Shown here one piece after another: positions 11,866-24,689 of a stretch of 64,000 nucleotides of DNA. Position numbers and translations under genes: made by a program. Source of the DNA: Eutreptiella sp. 'Long Island Sound 2002' (Eukaryota > Protista > Euglenida); the NCBI GenBank assembly GCA_964036045.1, contig OZ038379.1, forward strand, positions 71,176,001-71,240,000, in the 5' to 3' direction. Each line of letters begins with the position of its first letter. The stretch's first letter is position 1. Below the pieces are notes generated by a model that saw nothing but the letters and a program-made list of their open reading frames with translations, was not told where the DNA came from and did no database searches.

Positions 11866-12830
11866 TGATAGGGGGGGGGGGGGGCTATGAAATTGATAGG
11901 GGCGGGCCTATGAAATTGATAGGGGGAGACCCATGAAATTGATAGGGGGGGGCTATAAAATTGAAAGGGGGAGCCACGAAATGGATGGCGGGGGTAATGA
12001 AATTGATGGGGGGGACCTGTAAAATTGAAGGGGGGGGGGGCTATGAAACTGATGGGGGGGGCTATGAAATCAATAGGTGGGGGTCTATGAAATTGATAGG
12101 GGGGGGGGGCTATGAAATTCACCGGGGGGGAACTATGAAATTGATGAGGGAGAGGGGCTAAGAAATTGAGGGGTGGGGGCTATGAAATTGATACGGGGGG
12201 CTATGAAATCCACATGGGGGGGGGGGGGCTATGAAATTGATGGAGGGGGGCTAAGAAATTGATGGCGGGGGGGGCTATGAAATTGATACGGGGGGTCTAT
12301 GAAATTGATATTGGGTGCCTATGAAATTGATACAGGGGAGGGGGCCATGAAATCGACGGGGGGGGGGGTCTAAGAAATTGATGGGGGGGGCTATGAAATC
12401 AATCAGTGGGGGTCTATGAAATTGATAGGTCGGGGGGCTACGAAATTCATAGGGGGGGAACTATGAAATTGATGAGGGAGGGGGGCTAAGAAATTGAGGG
12501 GGGGGGCTATGAAATGGATACGGGGGGCTATGAAATCCACATGGGGGGGGCTATGAAATTGATGGAGGGGGGCTAAGAAATTGATGGGGGGGGGGCTATG
12601 AAATTGATACGGGGGGTCTATGAAATTGATATTGGGTGCCTATGAAATTGATACAGGGGAGGGGGCTATGAAATTGATGGGGGGGGCTAAGAAATTGATG
12701 GGGGGGGCTATGAAATTGATAGGGGGGCCTATGAAATTGATGGGGGGGCTATGAAATTGATGGGAGGGGGAGTATAAAATTGATCGGGGGGGCTTCTAAA
12801 ATAGGAGGGGGCTATAAAATTGAAGAGGGA
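11866..12830. repeat. G-rich minisatellite (G)nCTATGAAATTGAT, ~20-25-bp units
   Basis: About 40 copies of CTATGAAATTGAT/CTAAGAAATTGAT separated by G tracts. Confidence 0.95.
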
Positions 12831-13123
12831 CCTACGAGGACCTATGGAGACACACCACAACACTGCACAGCGTGGCATGGCACACCTGCAAGTTGTGAAA
12901 TGATCATTTTCATTGCTGTCATTTTCATTGCATGAAAAGAAACACCTGTGAGACAAAGAAAAGAACACCCTCCCGCACCCCTAACTGAACCCCCCCCCCC
13001 CCAGGCAGTTCTCTCGAGTCTCCCCCCGCCCGGGTGAAAAACGTGTAAAGAAAGTAAAGGCACCCCCCCGCCAACCAAGATTTGAAGCAAGGCCACCCCC
13101 CAAGTGCCTATGCCTATGTCAAA

Positions 13124-13211
13124 GTGTGTGTGCGTGTGCGTGTGCGTGTGCGTGTGCGTGTGCGTGTGCGTGTGTGTGTGCGCGCGCGTGCCTCTGTGTG
13201 TGTGTGTGTGT
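13124..13211. repeat. (GTGCGT)n/(GT)n microsatellite
   Basis: Seen directly in the sequence. Confidence 0.95.
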
Positions 13212-14206
13212 GGGAGCACATATGCCTATACATGCGCCAAACCTGTTGGTTTATTGTGTTGTGGTGTCTGATGGCCCTACAACGCTAGGGTTGAGGCCAC
13301 ACAACGAAAATCTACACCTCGAAGAGTGTAGTGAGTGGGTGTAGTTTCCATACTTCCTACAAACAAGCACACAACACCAAGCGGGTGGTATTTTCCAAAT
13401 CATTTTCCATACTTCTTGATGCACAAAAGCATTCATGAGTGAGGGGGGGGGGTGGAAGGACTAGGGAAGGGCCATAGGGGGGGGGGGGCGATCCATTGTT
13501 GGGGGGGGCATCTTCCATTGGGGGGGGGGTGCTACATCAAGGGGGGGGGTGGGGGAGGGGGGTTTATGGTTTGGGTACTAGCGGTCCATAAAAGTCTGAT
13601 ATCTGATGTCTGATGGCCAACTTGGTCGCTATACACAATCCTGGGCTAACGGCAGCGCTAACCACGCTTGTAGTGCATTGTTGGGAGTGCCCTAAGCACA
13701 CATCGAGGCTCCATGGTTGTTGTGGTAAAAATCTTCCGCACAAATGAAAACTTGCAGCTCATTGGAGCCTCTACCCGGCCGACCCCTGAAAAATGGGAAA
13801 ATGTCTTGTTTGCTTGCCCCCCCCCCCTTTTTAATGGATTACCACCGGAAGATCACCGGAACAACGTGCTAGAAGGCAGTTGGAACAAGTGCAACACAAA
13901 CAAAATGAAGCATGTGTAAATAACCCATGGTATATGCCTTCTGGGTTGCGGTGCACGCAACGGGTCACAGGGTTATTCCCTATGTGCTGGGTCGAGCCAA
14001 TCTCTTGGGTCGTCAACAAACTGTGAGGTCGTCAGGGGGCCCGTTGGTGCCCTCGAATTTTCACCACACCCAATCATCCACCACCACGTCCATTGCCACC
14101 CCTTCACCTTCGAACCGACTAATCCAATCCAAGTTAGCCTTGGGAGGGCGAAAACTACACCCTCACCTACCCCTAAGCCATCCCCTCGTTGGTTCCCCGT
14201 CCTTGC

Positions 14207-14258
14207 CCCCATCCCCATCCCCATCCCCATCTCCATCCCCATCCCCATCTCCATCCCC
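14207..14258. repeat. (CCATCC/CCATCT)n hexamer microsatellite
   Basis: Seen directly in the sequence. Confidence 0.9.
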
Positions 14259-17181
14259 AAACTCTTCGTCCATGTCCTCGCCTCATCCTCTTCCTTCTCT
14301 TGCTCCTTGTCCTTCTCCGTGTGCAGGGACATGAGACGCCATTGCCTACGAGTGACACGGCTTCAAAATGCATGTGCCTATCCCAGGTTACCTCTAGTCC
14401 TAGATAGCATGCAATCCCACACAACATTTGCACAAGCACCAAATGGGAAAAAGGAGCACGAGACACAACAACAACGCACAGACATGGAATGAAACTCTAT
14501 CACGGCACAATAGATAGTCATGCAATCATTGACGTCAACCAAGAATATTACACATCGTTGAACACATGGGACAAAACTTCAAAAAACACGCACCTACTGG
14601 AGGTTACTTGTAGTCGCAAATAAAATGCAGACGAGCACTGAATGCCAAAGAGAGGCACTCGGCACATTCACAAGGCAACAAAATGGGGACAAACATGGAT
14701 TGGCAACTTCAAAAGTTGTTGTGTCGGATGTGTGTGGTGATTACAATGTACTCCAGTAGTGTTCAAGAAAAAGTCGTTACGGCCAAATTATTCTAGTACT
14801 AGCCCAAATTTCACCAGAACGGCCGTGCCGTCCGATGTGCCTTGGCTGATTCCATCCTTCCCCTCATCATGTTTTCCTCTACCAACCACATCCATGTGTA
14901 CCACAACCCATCGACATCTTGGTCCTTCCGTAACTCCCGCAGCCTTTTGTTTAGCGACGTTGAGAAGGAGCATGCCATAACCTGCATGTCGGCTTGTTTG
15001 CGGCTGGGTGGATCAAGGATCTTGTGGACCCTAAGCACCGATTGTCGAGCCACCTTCATGTCTAATTGCACCACGGTTATCATAGGGTCCGGTACTCCAA
15101 GAATGTCATCCCTAGGTTACTGCCTTCAAGGGTAGTTTTATTTATCAAGATTGTGCCTGCCGACTACACCCATAAATTTGTGGATGTCGTATGGTGTCCG
15201 CGCCTACGCTTGATCTAGCAACCTCTCTTTGAGGTGATTTTGCATTTTCTGCTTCCTTGTGTGGAAGGAAGGACACCTTCCCCCCTGATTTGACGGTGGG
15301 GAACTCAAAAAAAGTTTTGGAACATATTTACATGGGTAGGGGTGGGTCTTGCAGCCTAGTAAGGTGTTCGAAGGACTAAAAATAGAGCATGACATCCTAC
15401 GAAGATTGCTAAAAATGGGCAACTTCGGGACAAAATTGGTCATGATTCACCCCTAACAATGAGTGTGACTCATGAAAATGAGCAAAAGGAAGCGGGAATG
15501 TTTCCGAATCCCATGGTATGGGGGCGGCAAAGGGGAGGGATGGGCTATTGCTAGGGGTAGAAAAGGGCTATTTTTCACCCTCTTGGATAGGATCCCATCA
15601 ACAGTGATGTCCTACCCCATTTTCCAATAATTTTGTCCTCGTACAGCTCTCCCATTGTCCCAACCTTCTTCAAAAAATCATTTTCCAACTTCCCGGCCCC
15701 AAAAAAGGGGGGGGGGGTAACGCACCCGGTAATGGGGGTAGGAGTGCAGTTGGTCTGAAACCTGACCAGAACGGGCAAAGAAAACCCAAAAGGTCACCCT
15801 AAAAAGCCAGTTTTCGGAAAAATATGGTTCCGGAACTCCCCCTAACCCATACATCTCTTAAAAAGCCCTTCTCAAAGGCTTTCTGAATATACTCTACAAA
15901 CCCCTACTTCCACGACACTCAGTGGGCATAAAGAAGGGAACAATGGCACCGACCCCCGAAAACGCTCCATGTTGGCATGATTCCGAACGTGTTGGCATGA
16001 TTCCAAACGTCCCAAAGAGACATATGCAGGCCCGTAGGGTTTTGATCTAACAACCTCCACGAGGTGATTCGTGCTTTCAGGGTAAAAAGCAGGGGTGTCA
16101 ATGTTTAACAAACCCCAGCCCCCGTCCCCTCCCCACCCTCTTCCCCAGCTAGCCAGATCTCAAAACACAGGTCCACAGGTCCAGCAGCGAAATTTGGTCC
16201 AAAACTTGAGTCCCACATTTCACAGGTGCCAATCAAGAAAGAAACATCCCCCACAAAAAAAAAACAGTGGCATATCCGAACCAATGTATCACTAAAATTC
16301 CCTGGGTGCTTTCTCAGGTCTGGGTTGATCTATTCGATGGGATTACTTGCCGGCGTCAAACCAATGTTACTCACCAGGCCCACCAACCTTTTGCCCTCTC
16401 GTACATCTGTGCAATCTCACTCGCCCTCAAGTTGAAGGAGCGCTTCACCATACCCTGCTCAGGACATGTGTGGCGTCAGAGTGCTGACTTGGAATGGCCA
16501 TGGACTTCCAGCCGCTCTGTCTGCAATCCACCACACTCAGCCTCCAGTCATTCTGCACTGAAAGACTGCGAGATCTTCAATTGAAACATGACCATAAATG
16601 TGTGCCAATTTGTCCATGCAGACAAGGTGTGCGTAGCGCTTTCGGAGTGAGGGGCAAGGCACACAGGGAAGCATGCCAAACATGGTCAAGGAGTCAGGAC
16701 ATTGAGAAAGGCCCTGAGTTGGTCACAGTGAGAGGATACCTATTGTAACAGCAGCCACAGTGCCATTGCCACTCTTGACCTGCTGCAAGAGGGTGGATAG
16801 CTTCTGTAGATGCGCCTCACCATAGTGCACCCAGCCCGGAATAGGGGTTGGCACCATAGAAGAAGTGTTGGTTAGCCGCTGGTACAGATGCCTGGAATCC
16901 AAACGGCAATGACCCGATAAAATGGCCCATGTGTCCCTTGGAGGGGTAAAGAGGTTGGTGGCATGTGCTTCCTTGTCGGTAGTTGTCGAATTTATGGGGT
17001 ATGCCACAGGGCCAGGACATGTGGGCTGTTGAACCATCAAGGGATCGTTAAGCCATCCCCATAGGATGCTTTGGTTCGCCACATGGGGCATGTACCATGG
17101 TGGGCAACTTCATCTCTGTCCTTGGCTGATTGGGAGTCAGGATCTACGCCCTAACGTTCTGCTGGCCAAATGCCACCCTTA

Positions 17182-17529
17182 CAGGGGGGGGGGTCGGGGG
17201 TTGTACGGGGACCATTTTGCTGCAAAAAAATTTCGTGGTGGGGGGAATTTCGCCACCCATGGGAATCCCACAGCCCCAGCTGCCTCGTGCGCACCCTAAC
17301 ATGCAAGACAATGCTGCGTTCAGAGTCATAAGCAGTTGGAAATGGACTGCGTTCAGAGTCATAAGCAGTTGGAAATGGAATTGCCACTGGAAGCAGCTTT
17401 GGTTCACAACATTCCAAAGAATCCTCTGTTCCAAACACTTGCCCAAAAGGCATGAAAAAATACGGAAACATGGTGCTCAACACTGCCAACACCCCTTGTC
17501 CACCCCCAAAGCCCCCCCCCCCCCCTTTG
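17182..17529. mobile_element. Probable TA-flanked MITE with G-tract TIRs
   Basis: Left end TA|CAGGGGGGGGGGTCGGGGG, right end CCCCCAAAG(C)nTTTG|TA; TIRs imperfect; perfect internal 33-bp tandem duplication at 17314-17379. Confidence 0.45.
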
Positions 17530-18838
17530 TACACTGAGTTGCATCACACAATTCCTTGGTGACCAAACTCTGCGCGGTCACTTTGCTGCTACTTTGCCCA
17601 TGAACCTGCTTGCATGCATGCCTGCATGCCCGTGCAAAGGTTTGCGTCGTGGGTTGTTAGACGCAGCTATGCAGCTAGCCAAATGTGGTCTTTTAGTAGG
17701 GTACCTTATTCCGCTCCAAGATGCAAGGGAATGCATAAGGATGCAGCGGGACAACACATTGCACCACTGGTAAGCGAATCTTCTGTTCTGCCGAGCGGCG
17801 GATAATTGGCAAATCCTGGGGCCTGGACCGATTGGCCTACCAAAATCTTGTTTTGCCATGTACTGCACAGGTGGAGGCTTGAGAGCAAGAGAGAAAATCA
17901 CTTTCAATACCCACTGGCCCGCCAAGAATTGGTTGCCCCTTGTGGTTTGACGTGCACTGTGGGGCAGTCGGTAAAACGGGAAAGCCATAAGTTGAGAGTC
18001 TGAAATGCTTGTAGTAGGAGGAGACGGTGAGGGCCAGCTACATTGTGGTAGGAGGCGGTTGTACAGAACATACCTTCCTATCCCATGCCTGTGGCGCCTA
18101 CGAAAGTGGTTTCCTTCTGAGTGAAACCCTCAACCGCGTGAAACACACCAAATTTTGAGCACATGGGTTGTCTAGTCTGTTTCATACTACAACACGATAG
18201 TCAACGTGCAGTTGCATATGAATTGCACACAGTCACAAAGAGGCCCTTGCATCACATAGCGCAGGATGCAGCGCAGCCAATTCAGATGCTCAACAAAAAA
18301 GCAGCCAATTCAGAGGGGTTTATCACACTGTGGCCCTTGATGGGTGCGTGCTGGCCACTGCCACTCATGCAGTAGTGCACGGCATACCGGACATGCCTGT
18401 GATTGCCCGATGCTTAGTTTTTGGACCATCACACGTCAAGTGGTCAGAAAGGCCTTCGGGCACCAATGCATCCATCCAGAGCAAGAGACAATTGTGGGCA
18501 CTGCACACATGACCTCATGTGTTTGGGTCAAGAGGCAAAAATGCGCTGGGTCTTCTCAGGGCCCAGACCCAGGCAAACCAAACCTGGATCTTCAATGATG
18601 GTTGTCCACTTTGTAGGCAAAGAAAATGCAATTTACGAAAGTAAGGAGGGGGATAGTAGTGCACAAGGCAGAGGCATGTGTGGGGGGGGTAGGCCGAGAG
18701 GTAATGGGACGTCTCCAAGTTGATTGCTATAACTGCATTAGGCAATTTGACAAGGTTTTTCACAGGGGACAATTGGTCACTGAACCTTTGCTTCACCATG
18801 GATGAGACTTGACTGAGCTGCCCCATGTATGGCTCACC

Positions 18839-19198
18839 CAGGGCGGTCCTTAACGGGACAAAAAAAAAACTGTTCCGGTACATGGTTTTTTCAAAAATGA
18901 CCGCGTGTAGCTCATATGTTCAACCATGGTTGGTGGCGATTGGTGGTTGGCGGCTGGTGGAGATTGCCGGTTGGCGGTTGGCGGTTGGTGGTTGGCGGCG
19001 GTTGGCGGCAGTTGACGGTCGGCGGTTGGTCGTGGTTGGCGGTTGTGGGTCGCGGTTGGCGGTTGTGGCGGTTGGCGGTTGGTGGCGGTTGGCGGTTGGT
19101 GGCAGTTGGCGGTTAGCGGTTGGTGGTCCCTTGGGGCGGTCCTTAAGGGCGGTCCTTAACAAAAGAAAAAAAAATCTGGTCCCTTAAGGACCGCCCTG
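18839..19198. mobile_element. hAT-type MITE, 360 bp
   Basis: Perfect 15-bp TIR CAGGGCGGTCCTTAA; perfect 8-bp TSD GGCTCACC (18831-18838 and 19199-19206); internal GG(C/T)GGTT repeats. Confidence 0.95.
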
Positions 19199-20829
19199 GG
19201 CTCACCAAGGGGTTACTAAGCACAGCAAATGGTTCACTGAGCACAAGCACTCCGAAGGTTCACTCATTAAACCTCCCTCATCTTGTACGTACCCATGCGC
19301 TCAGATCCCTGGTTCCTCTATACTTTCAACAATGTTCATCCTCAAAGGCTTTGGTCTTATCCACCCAGCCCCAGCCACATTTGTTCTTTCAATGTGCAAT
19401 CACGTTCAATGCCACCCCAAAAATCTACTTTGACAATGAAACTGCCTGAAAGCCATCAAGGTAACGAGGCAAGTATGTGTATCCCACTTTACAAGGCCTA
19501 GTTCATGGATACATAGGCTAATGTAGTAGAGTTTGGGATGGCATAGTTACCCTCAGGCTGTGCGGCCCAATTTTTGGGTGCAATGCCCCCATCCATACAT
19601 GTGTGGCCCCGAACCCCCCCCCCCCCAATGTGCCACCTTGGAGTGGTTGGGAGTGGGCTTGACATATGCCTTGCAACTACCGGTTCACCTTTTGGGAGGG
19701 ATATGGTGTATATTGGTAGGATTTTGGGCACCTTTGCCTTTAGTTGTTTGTTTGTTTCACAACATGTATCTATGTAGTTGCATCCTCTCACTGGCTCAAC
19801 TCTCTGGTGAGATGTTGGCAATTCGCGAAGTCTATCCATGCGCATGGTGATTACAAGCACTGGTGTACACATGCTAAACAAATGGGCCGTCACATGCTTG
19901 TGTCTCGCTGCATTCTGCCCTTGACACTGCCTCTGTGTGGCCGGTTGGATTTGCAATGGTATGCCATGGTAGGTGGAGCCCTTGTTTCCCATTTGTTATC
20001 AAACTCTCAATGCAACAAGTTATGTTTTTGTTGAATAAGACATTCAAATTTGAAGGAAGGGCGTGTAGTGCAACGTTCGAGCCATGGCCTCATGCACCAA
20101 GCAATGCATCTTCTCTCCTGTCATTCCTCATATGTCACGGTGATTTGACCACACTCCATGGTGCTGAGATTCCTGTGGTCCCTCGGGGTGATGACTAGCC
20201 CACAATTTCAACTCCATCACCGCACACCACTGTCGCCCAATGCCAATGAAAGCTTGTGCTCTCAAATTTGCCAAAAAAACCAAGTGGGGGGATCTTGACC
20301 GCATCCAAAGAACAAAACCTTGAATCGATGGAGGAAGGCACCTCGAAATGCTCTGTATCAAAACAGGTGACATACTGTGATATACCATGACGCTCACAAC
20401 CCACATGTTGTCCGTCTCCTCTAGTACAATATTCACCACACATGAAGGCAAACCAATTAATTTTTCTCCCTACTTAGGTGAATGTGGAAGGGAAGCGCAG
20501 TAAGCCTGCACAACGACACCAACAAAGGAAGACAGATGGTTAAAGGTGATTCGCTACTTGCGGGAAAATTCAAAGAATGACTTGGTAGCTACATGCATAC
20601 ACCATGGTCATGAAAAAGGCTCTTGGCAGCTACCATCTTCTTTGGCTTCATCAGTCGTAGCACTCACCTTCTCATACCTCACACCATGGTGCTCCAAGAC
20701 TCACATCTCTTTCTAGACACACTTTGGGCGTCACGGGTGTCACTTGCGTGTCGTTGTAAAAATTCGCAATGACCACGTTGTACCAAGCCAAATCCTATCA
20801 ACGGTTCTAAGGTCCTGGGGGTGTTTGTG

Positions 20830-22720
20830 GAAACATATATTGATGTCAAAGGTTCACATGTGGCAACAGGTTTTTTCGATGGTTTACGTGATACCCTCTT
20901 GTGCTTTTAGACGGTAAAACCGCTAGCCTCTCCTTCCTTCGGACGGCCACCCTCATTCTACTTTGGATAGCAAAAGTGACATCCTCTCTTGGTGTTGGAT
21001 AGCAATAGGGATACCCCATTCTATTTTCGGACATTCAAAATGATATCCTCTCTTGCTTTAGGACGGCAAAAATGATGACCTCATCATCCTTCACATCGCA
21101 AAGGTGAGAATTTTTTTGCCTTTGCACGGAAAAAGTGATACCCTCTACTCCTTCCCGACGACAACCGTGATCCGTGAATCCCCAGGTGGTGCAATCCCCA
21201 TCTTTGGCGCTTGCCATGTGTACTCCAAAGACTCTGCAGCGTGGCAACCGGGGTGAGTAGAAAGGGCTGTCTACTGCAGCAACACTGTTAAAGCTTTCTG
21301 TTGTAGCAAGGATTGCTGCTTAAACTGATTCCGGGAAACGTAATTATCCATGTCAACATGGGAAGGAGCGCTCACATGCGGTTCGTGCTGCCAAGGTCTC
21401 TTTGCATCCTCTTCTAATCTCTTCAAATTCACCTAATTGTATTTTGTGCTCTACTCAATAGTCTTTGTGCTATTGTTGCATGTGCTCCATGTTCTTGCTG
21501 GCCTTGTTTCAACCCAAGGCCCGGTCGGAACTTTGTCCGCAATAGCTTTGAAGCGGAAGGTTGACGAGGCAAGCAAGAGATCTTCTTTGCGGATTACATG
21601 ACAATTTTGCCTTTTTTGTGATTATGGGCATGCCGGCGTGCTTATTTTGTTTGGTTTGGTTGGCATTTTGCTTTTCGCAATTTTACATGACTATGTGCAT
21701 TCCGTGTCACCGTCATGTCTTACACGTGTACAGTATGAGAGGGTTTTATTTTTGCTATTCAAAAAGAGGAGGGGAATCGTTTTTCTTGTTTGAAGGTGGT
21801 GTGGGTGTCACTTTTGGCATCCAAAAAAGGGTAGGGTTGTGTTTTTGCCGTGAGAGAGCCAAAGAGGGTATCACTTTTGCCGTCGGAAAGTAGCTGCTTT
21901 TGCATGGCAAGAATGATACCCCCTCAAAATTTCGGACAGCAAGAATAAGACCCTCTTCCTGCTTCCAAAAGAAGGAGAGGTTTTCACTTTGGCTGTGTGA
22001 AAGCAAAAGAGTGTCTGATTTTTGCTGTCAGCAAACTGGTAACTGTAAGACTTAGGCCGTCAACAATTGAGAACGGTATGACTACCACTATTGCCGTCCC
22101 GAACAAGTAGAGGGTATCACTTTTTCCGTGCAAGGGCAAAAAAAAATCCTTACCTTTGCTATGTGAACGTCGGTGAGGGTATCACTATTGCCGTTTGACC
22201 ACAAGGGAGGATATCATTTTGAATGTCGTAAAAGAGAATGGGGTATCCCTATTGCCATCCAACACCACAAGAGGACATGACTTTTGCAAACCAAAATGAA
22301 CTGAGAGCATTGTATTACTTTTCCCGTTTGATGGCAGGAGCCGGTCTAACTTTTGCTGCCTGAAAGAAAGAGAGACTATCGATTTTGCCGTCTAAAAGCA
22401 AGAAAGGGTAATACCTTGGCGATGAGAAAGCCCTTTTGCTATCAGAAAGTATGAGAGCATTTTACCTTTGCCGTCCAAAAATAGGAGAGGGCATCCATTT
22501 TTGTTTTCTAAAAGCAGGGGTGGGTGTCACATTTGTAATCCATAGAAAAGCGGAGGGTTTCACTTTTGCCATCGGAAAGTACGTGTTGTTGCACGGGACC
22601 CTCCAAAGTTCAGACAGCAAGAATGACACCCTCTCTTGCTTCCACAAAAGGAGAGGATATCATTCTTGCAATGGCAAAAGTGGCGAGGGTAACACTTTGG
22701 CCATCAAAAATTACGGATGG
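20830..22720. repeat. Degenerate GACGGCAAAA/TTTTGCCGTC repeat arrays in inverted arrangement
   Basis: ~20830-21170 is a reverse-complement copy of ~22085-22440; ~21730-21960 is a direct paralogue of ~22450-22680. Confidence 0.75.
21300..21450 (-). pseudogene. hAT C-terminal dimerisation-domain remnant
   Basis: LGEFEEIRRGCKETLAARTACERSF followed by frameshifted MLTWII; ACERSF at 21362-21379. Confidence 0.4.
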
Positions 22721-24689
22721 GGAACCGTGGCTGTGTTTGGGGTTCACCACTGGCTGCTTGGGGTTTGGCTTGGGGGCGTTTGGGAGGGGGTAAATCACCA
22801 TGAGCCAACGCGTGCGCACTTTCGCCTTCTGAGACACATGCCGCCTCACCGAGGCGAGGGCAGGCTCTGCATGTTTTTTTGTGCGGGGGGTGGTAGTGGA
22901 CCGCATGGGGAGGGGCAAGGTACGGCGATATTCAAGAAGTGCGCCTAGCATGGGTTGGCTAGTTGTGGCCTCGAATTGTGCTGCTACATATGCTACATAT
23001 GCTGGTTTTCCCCAGAGGGGTGCACGGGCTAGAGGGCAGTTGGGGTCTATGGCAGAGGCAATAGCCAATGCCCTTTCAAGGCTTGGCTCAATAAACTGGC
23101 TCCGGCTGACACGCCTCCCTCGGAGGTACAGCCGGATTGACCCCGGCGCTGCACCGCAAATCTGTAGCGCATGAGCCCCATATCCACAAGGTCGCGCATT
23201 GTAGATGGTTCAACAGTGTTGAGGAGGTGTCCGGTCCGCGGGGAGATGGGATCTTGCGCACAATGGCGGGGAGGGGTTGGGGGCTCTAGGGGTACAACCA
23301 CAGGGGGTCGGGTATGTGGTGGGCGGTTGTTAACGGTGGGCTGGCACGGGGTGTGTGGTGTGCATGGGGGGCCGAAGCCAGGGGATGAAGCCATGGTTGG
23401 GGGGGGTCAACATGGGTAAAGGAGCGGCTTCAGAGCGGTGGTTGGGATGGTGGTGTGCAGGACTCCTGCTAAGCGAGGTCTGCCAAGGGTTTCTCAGCAT
23501 CCGAGTCCCATGGGTCCTCGTGAAAATCTCCGTATTGTAAGATTTCCGGCAGATCGGACCATCCCGCCCCAACATAGGGGAGGTACTGCTCGGGATCGAA
23601 AGAGGAAGCCATGGGACTGCGTGTGTACTAAAAGAAACACAGTGGGCTCGTGAACCACCTACTACGACCCCAAAAAACCCGCCAACAGGGTGCACAAATT
23701 GAGTTTACCATTGGTGCACAAAGTTCTCATAAGATCTGACAACACTTCATATCTGCGGCTACGTGTGGCACTAATGATGCACCGTCCGCAAACAAACGTG
23801 CACAAAGCAAGACAATGGATCGCCCAGAAATTAGATTAGATAGTTCGTTTTTCCCATGAAAACACGATTGTGGACCATGCCCCGGACAGGCCACCTAAAT
23901 ATGTGCATCACTCATCCCCACTGGCATCCCAGAGGTTAGTCGCGCCGCTGGGACTCCACGGATTCCAACTTGAAGGGAAGGGTGGGGGTGGGTGGCCTGC
24001 CAAAAAAAAAGACTTGCCATACAAGAAGTGGCTACATTGCGCGTCACCACCCTTGGGGGTTGGGGGGGGGTGTCATGTTTGCATTGTTTCAATAGTGCCC
24101 CAAGCAAGAGGTAGAAAGCCTCGTGCATGAGCAGTGGTGGCACAATTGCTTTCTAAAAGCGGGGCATGCTGGTCGGAAGAAAGTACCTGCATTTTTTGTG
24201 GTCACGGTGTCCTCTAAGCAACAATTGATCTATTTGGGGCACATAGCCACTGATGTGGGTGGCAGCATTATGAGTGGGCTCACCACTTTTTTGTCAAATC
24301 CCATGGGATTGGGGGGCGGTTTTGGGAAGCAAAGGTCGTGGGTAGTCCATGCCATTGCCCAAAGCCTTCTAGAAGCAATGCTGAGTGTGACGGCAACCAT
24401 TCATCAGAAGCAGTGCTCTTGACATCCAAAGCGATGTTCGGAAGCACTGCTTCCAAAAATCGGAAGCAATCATCGGGAGCGTCGCTTCCGAACATGGGAA
24501 GCGTTTCCCGACCGGTTTTGGCAGGCACACTTCCGGCGCGCCCAGGCTGAAGGGAAATCGGCCGCACCACTCGGCTGGGATGTTCCCAGTAGTACGCCTA
24601 ATTGACCTCAGGATTTCGGAAAGAACATGCCAGGCACTGCATCTAAAAACTCATAGAAAAAAACAATTCCGTGCAGTGCAATTGTGCGA

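Noticed and set aside
23505-23565. Second 2A-like string ILQYGDFHEDPW (minus strand)
   Set aside because: Too far from DxExNPGP and no linked ORF
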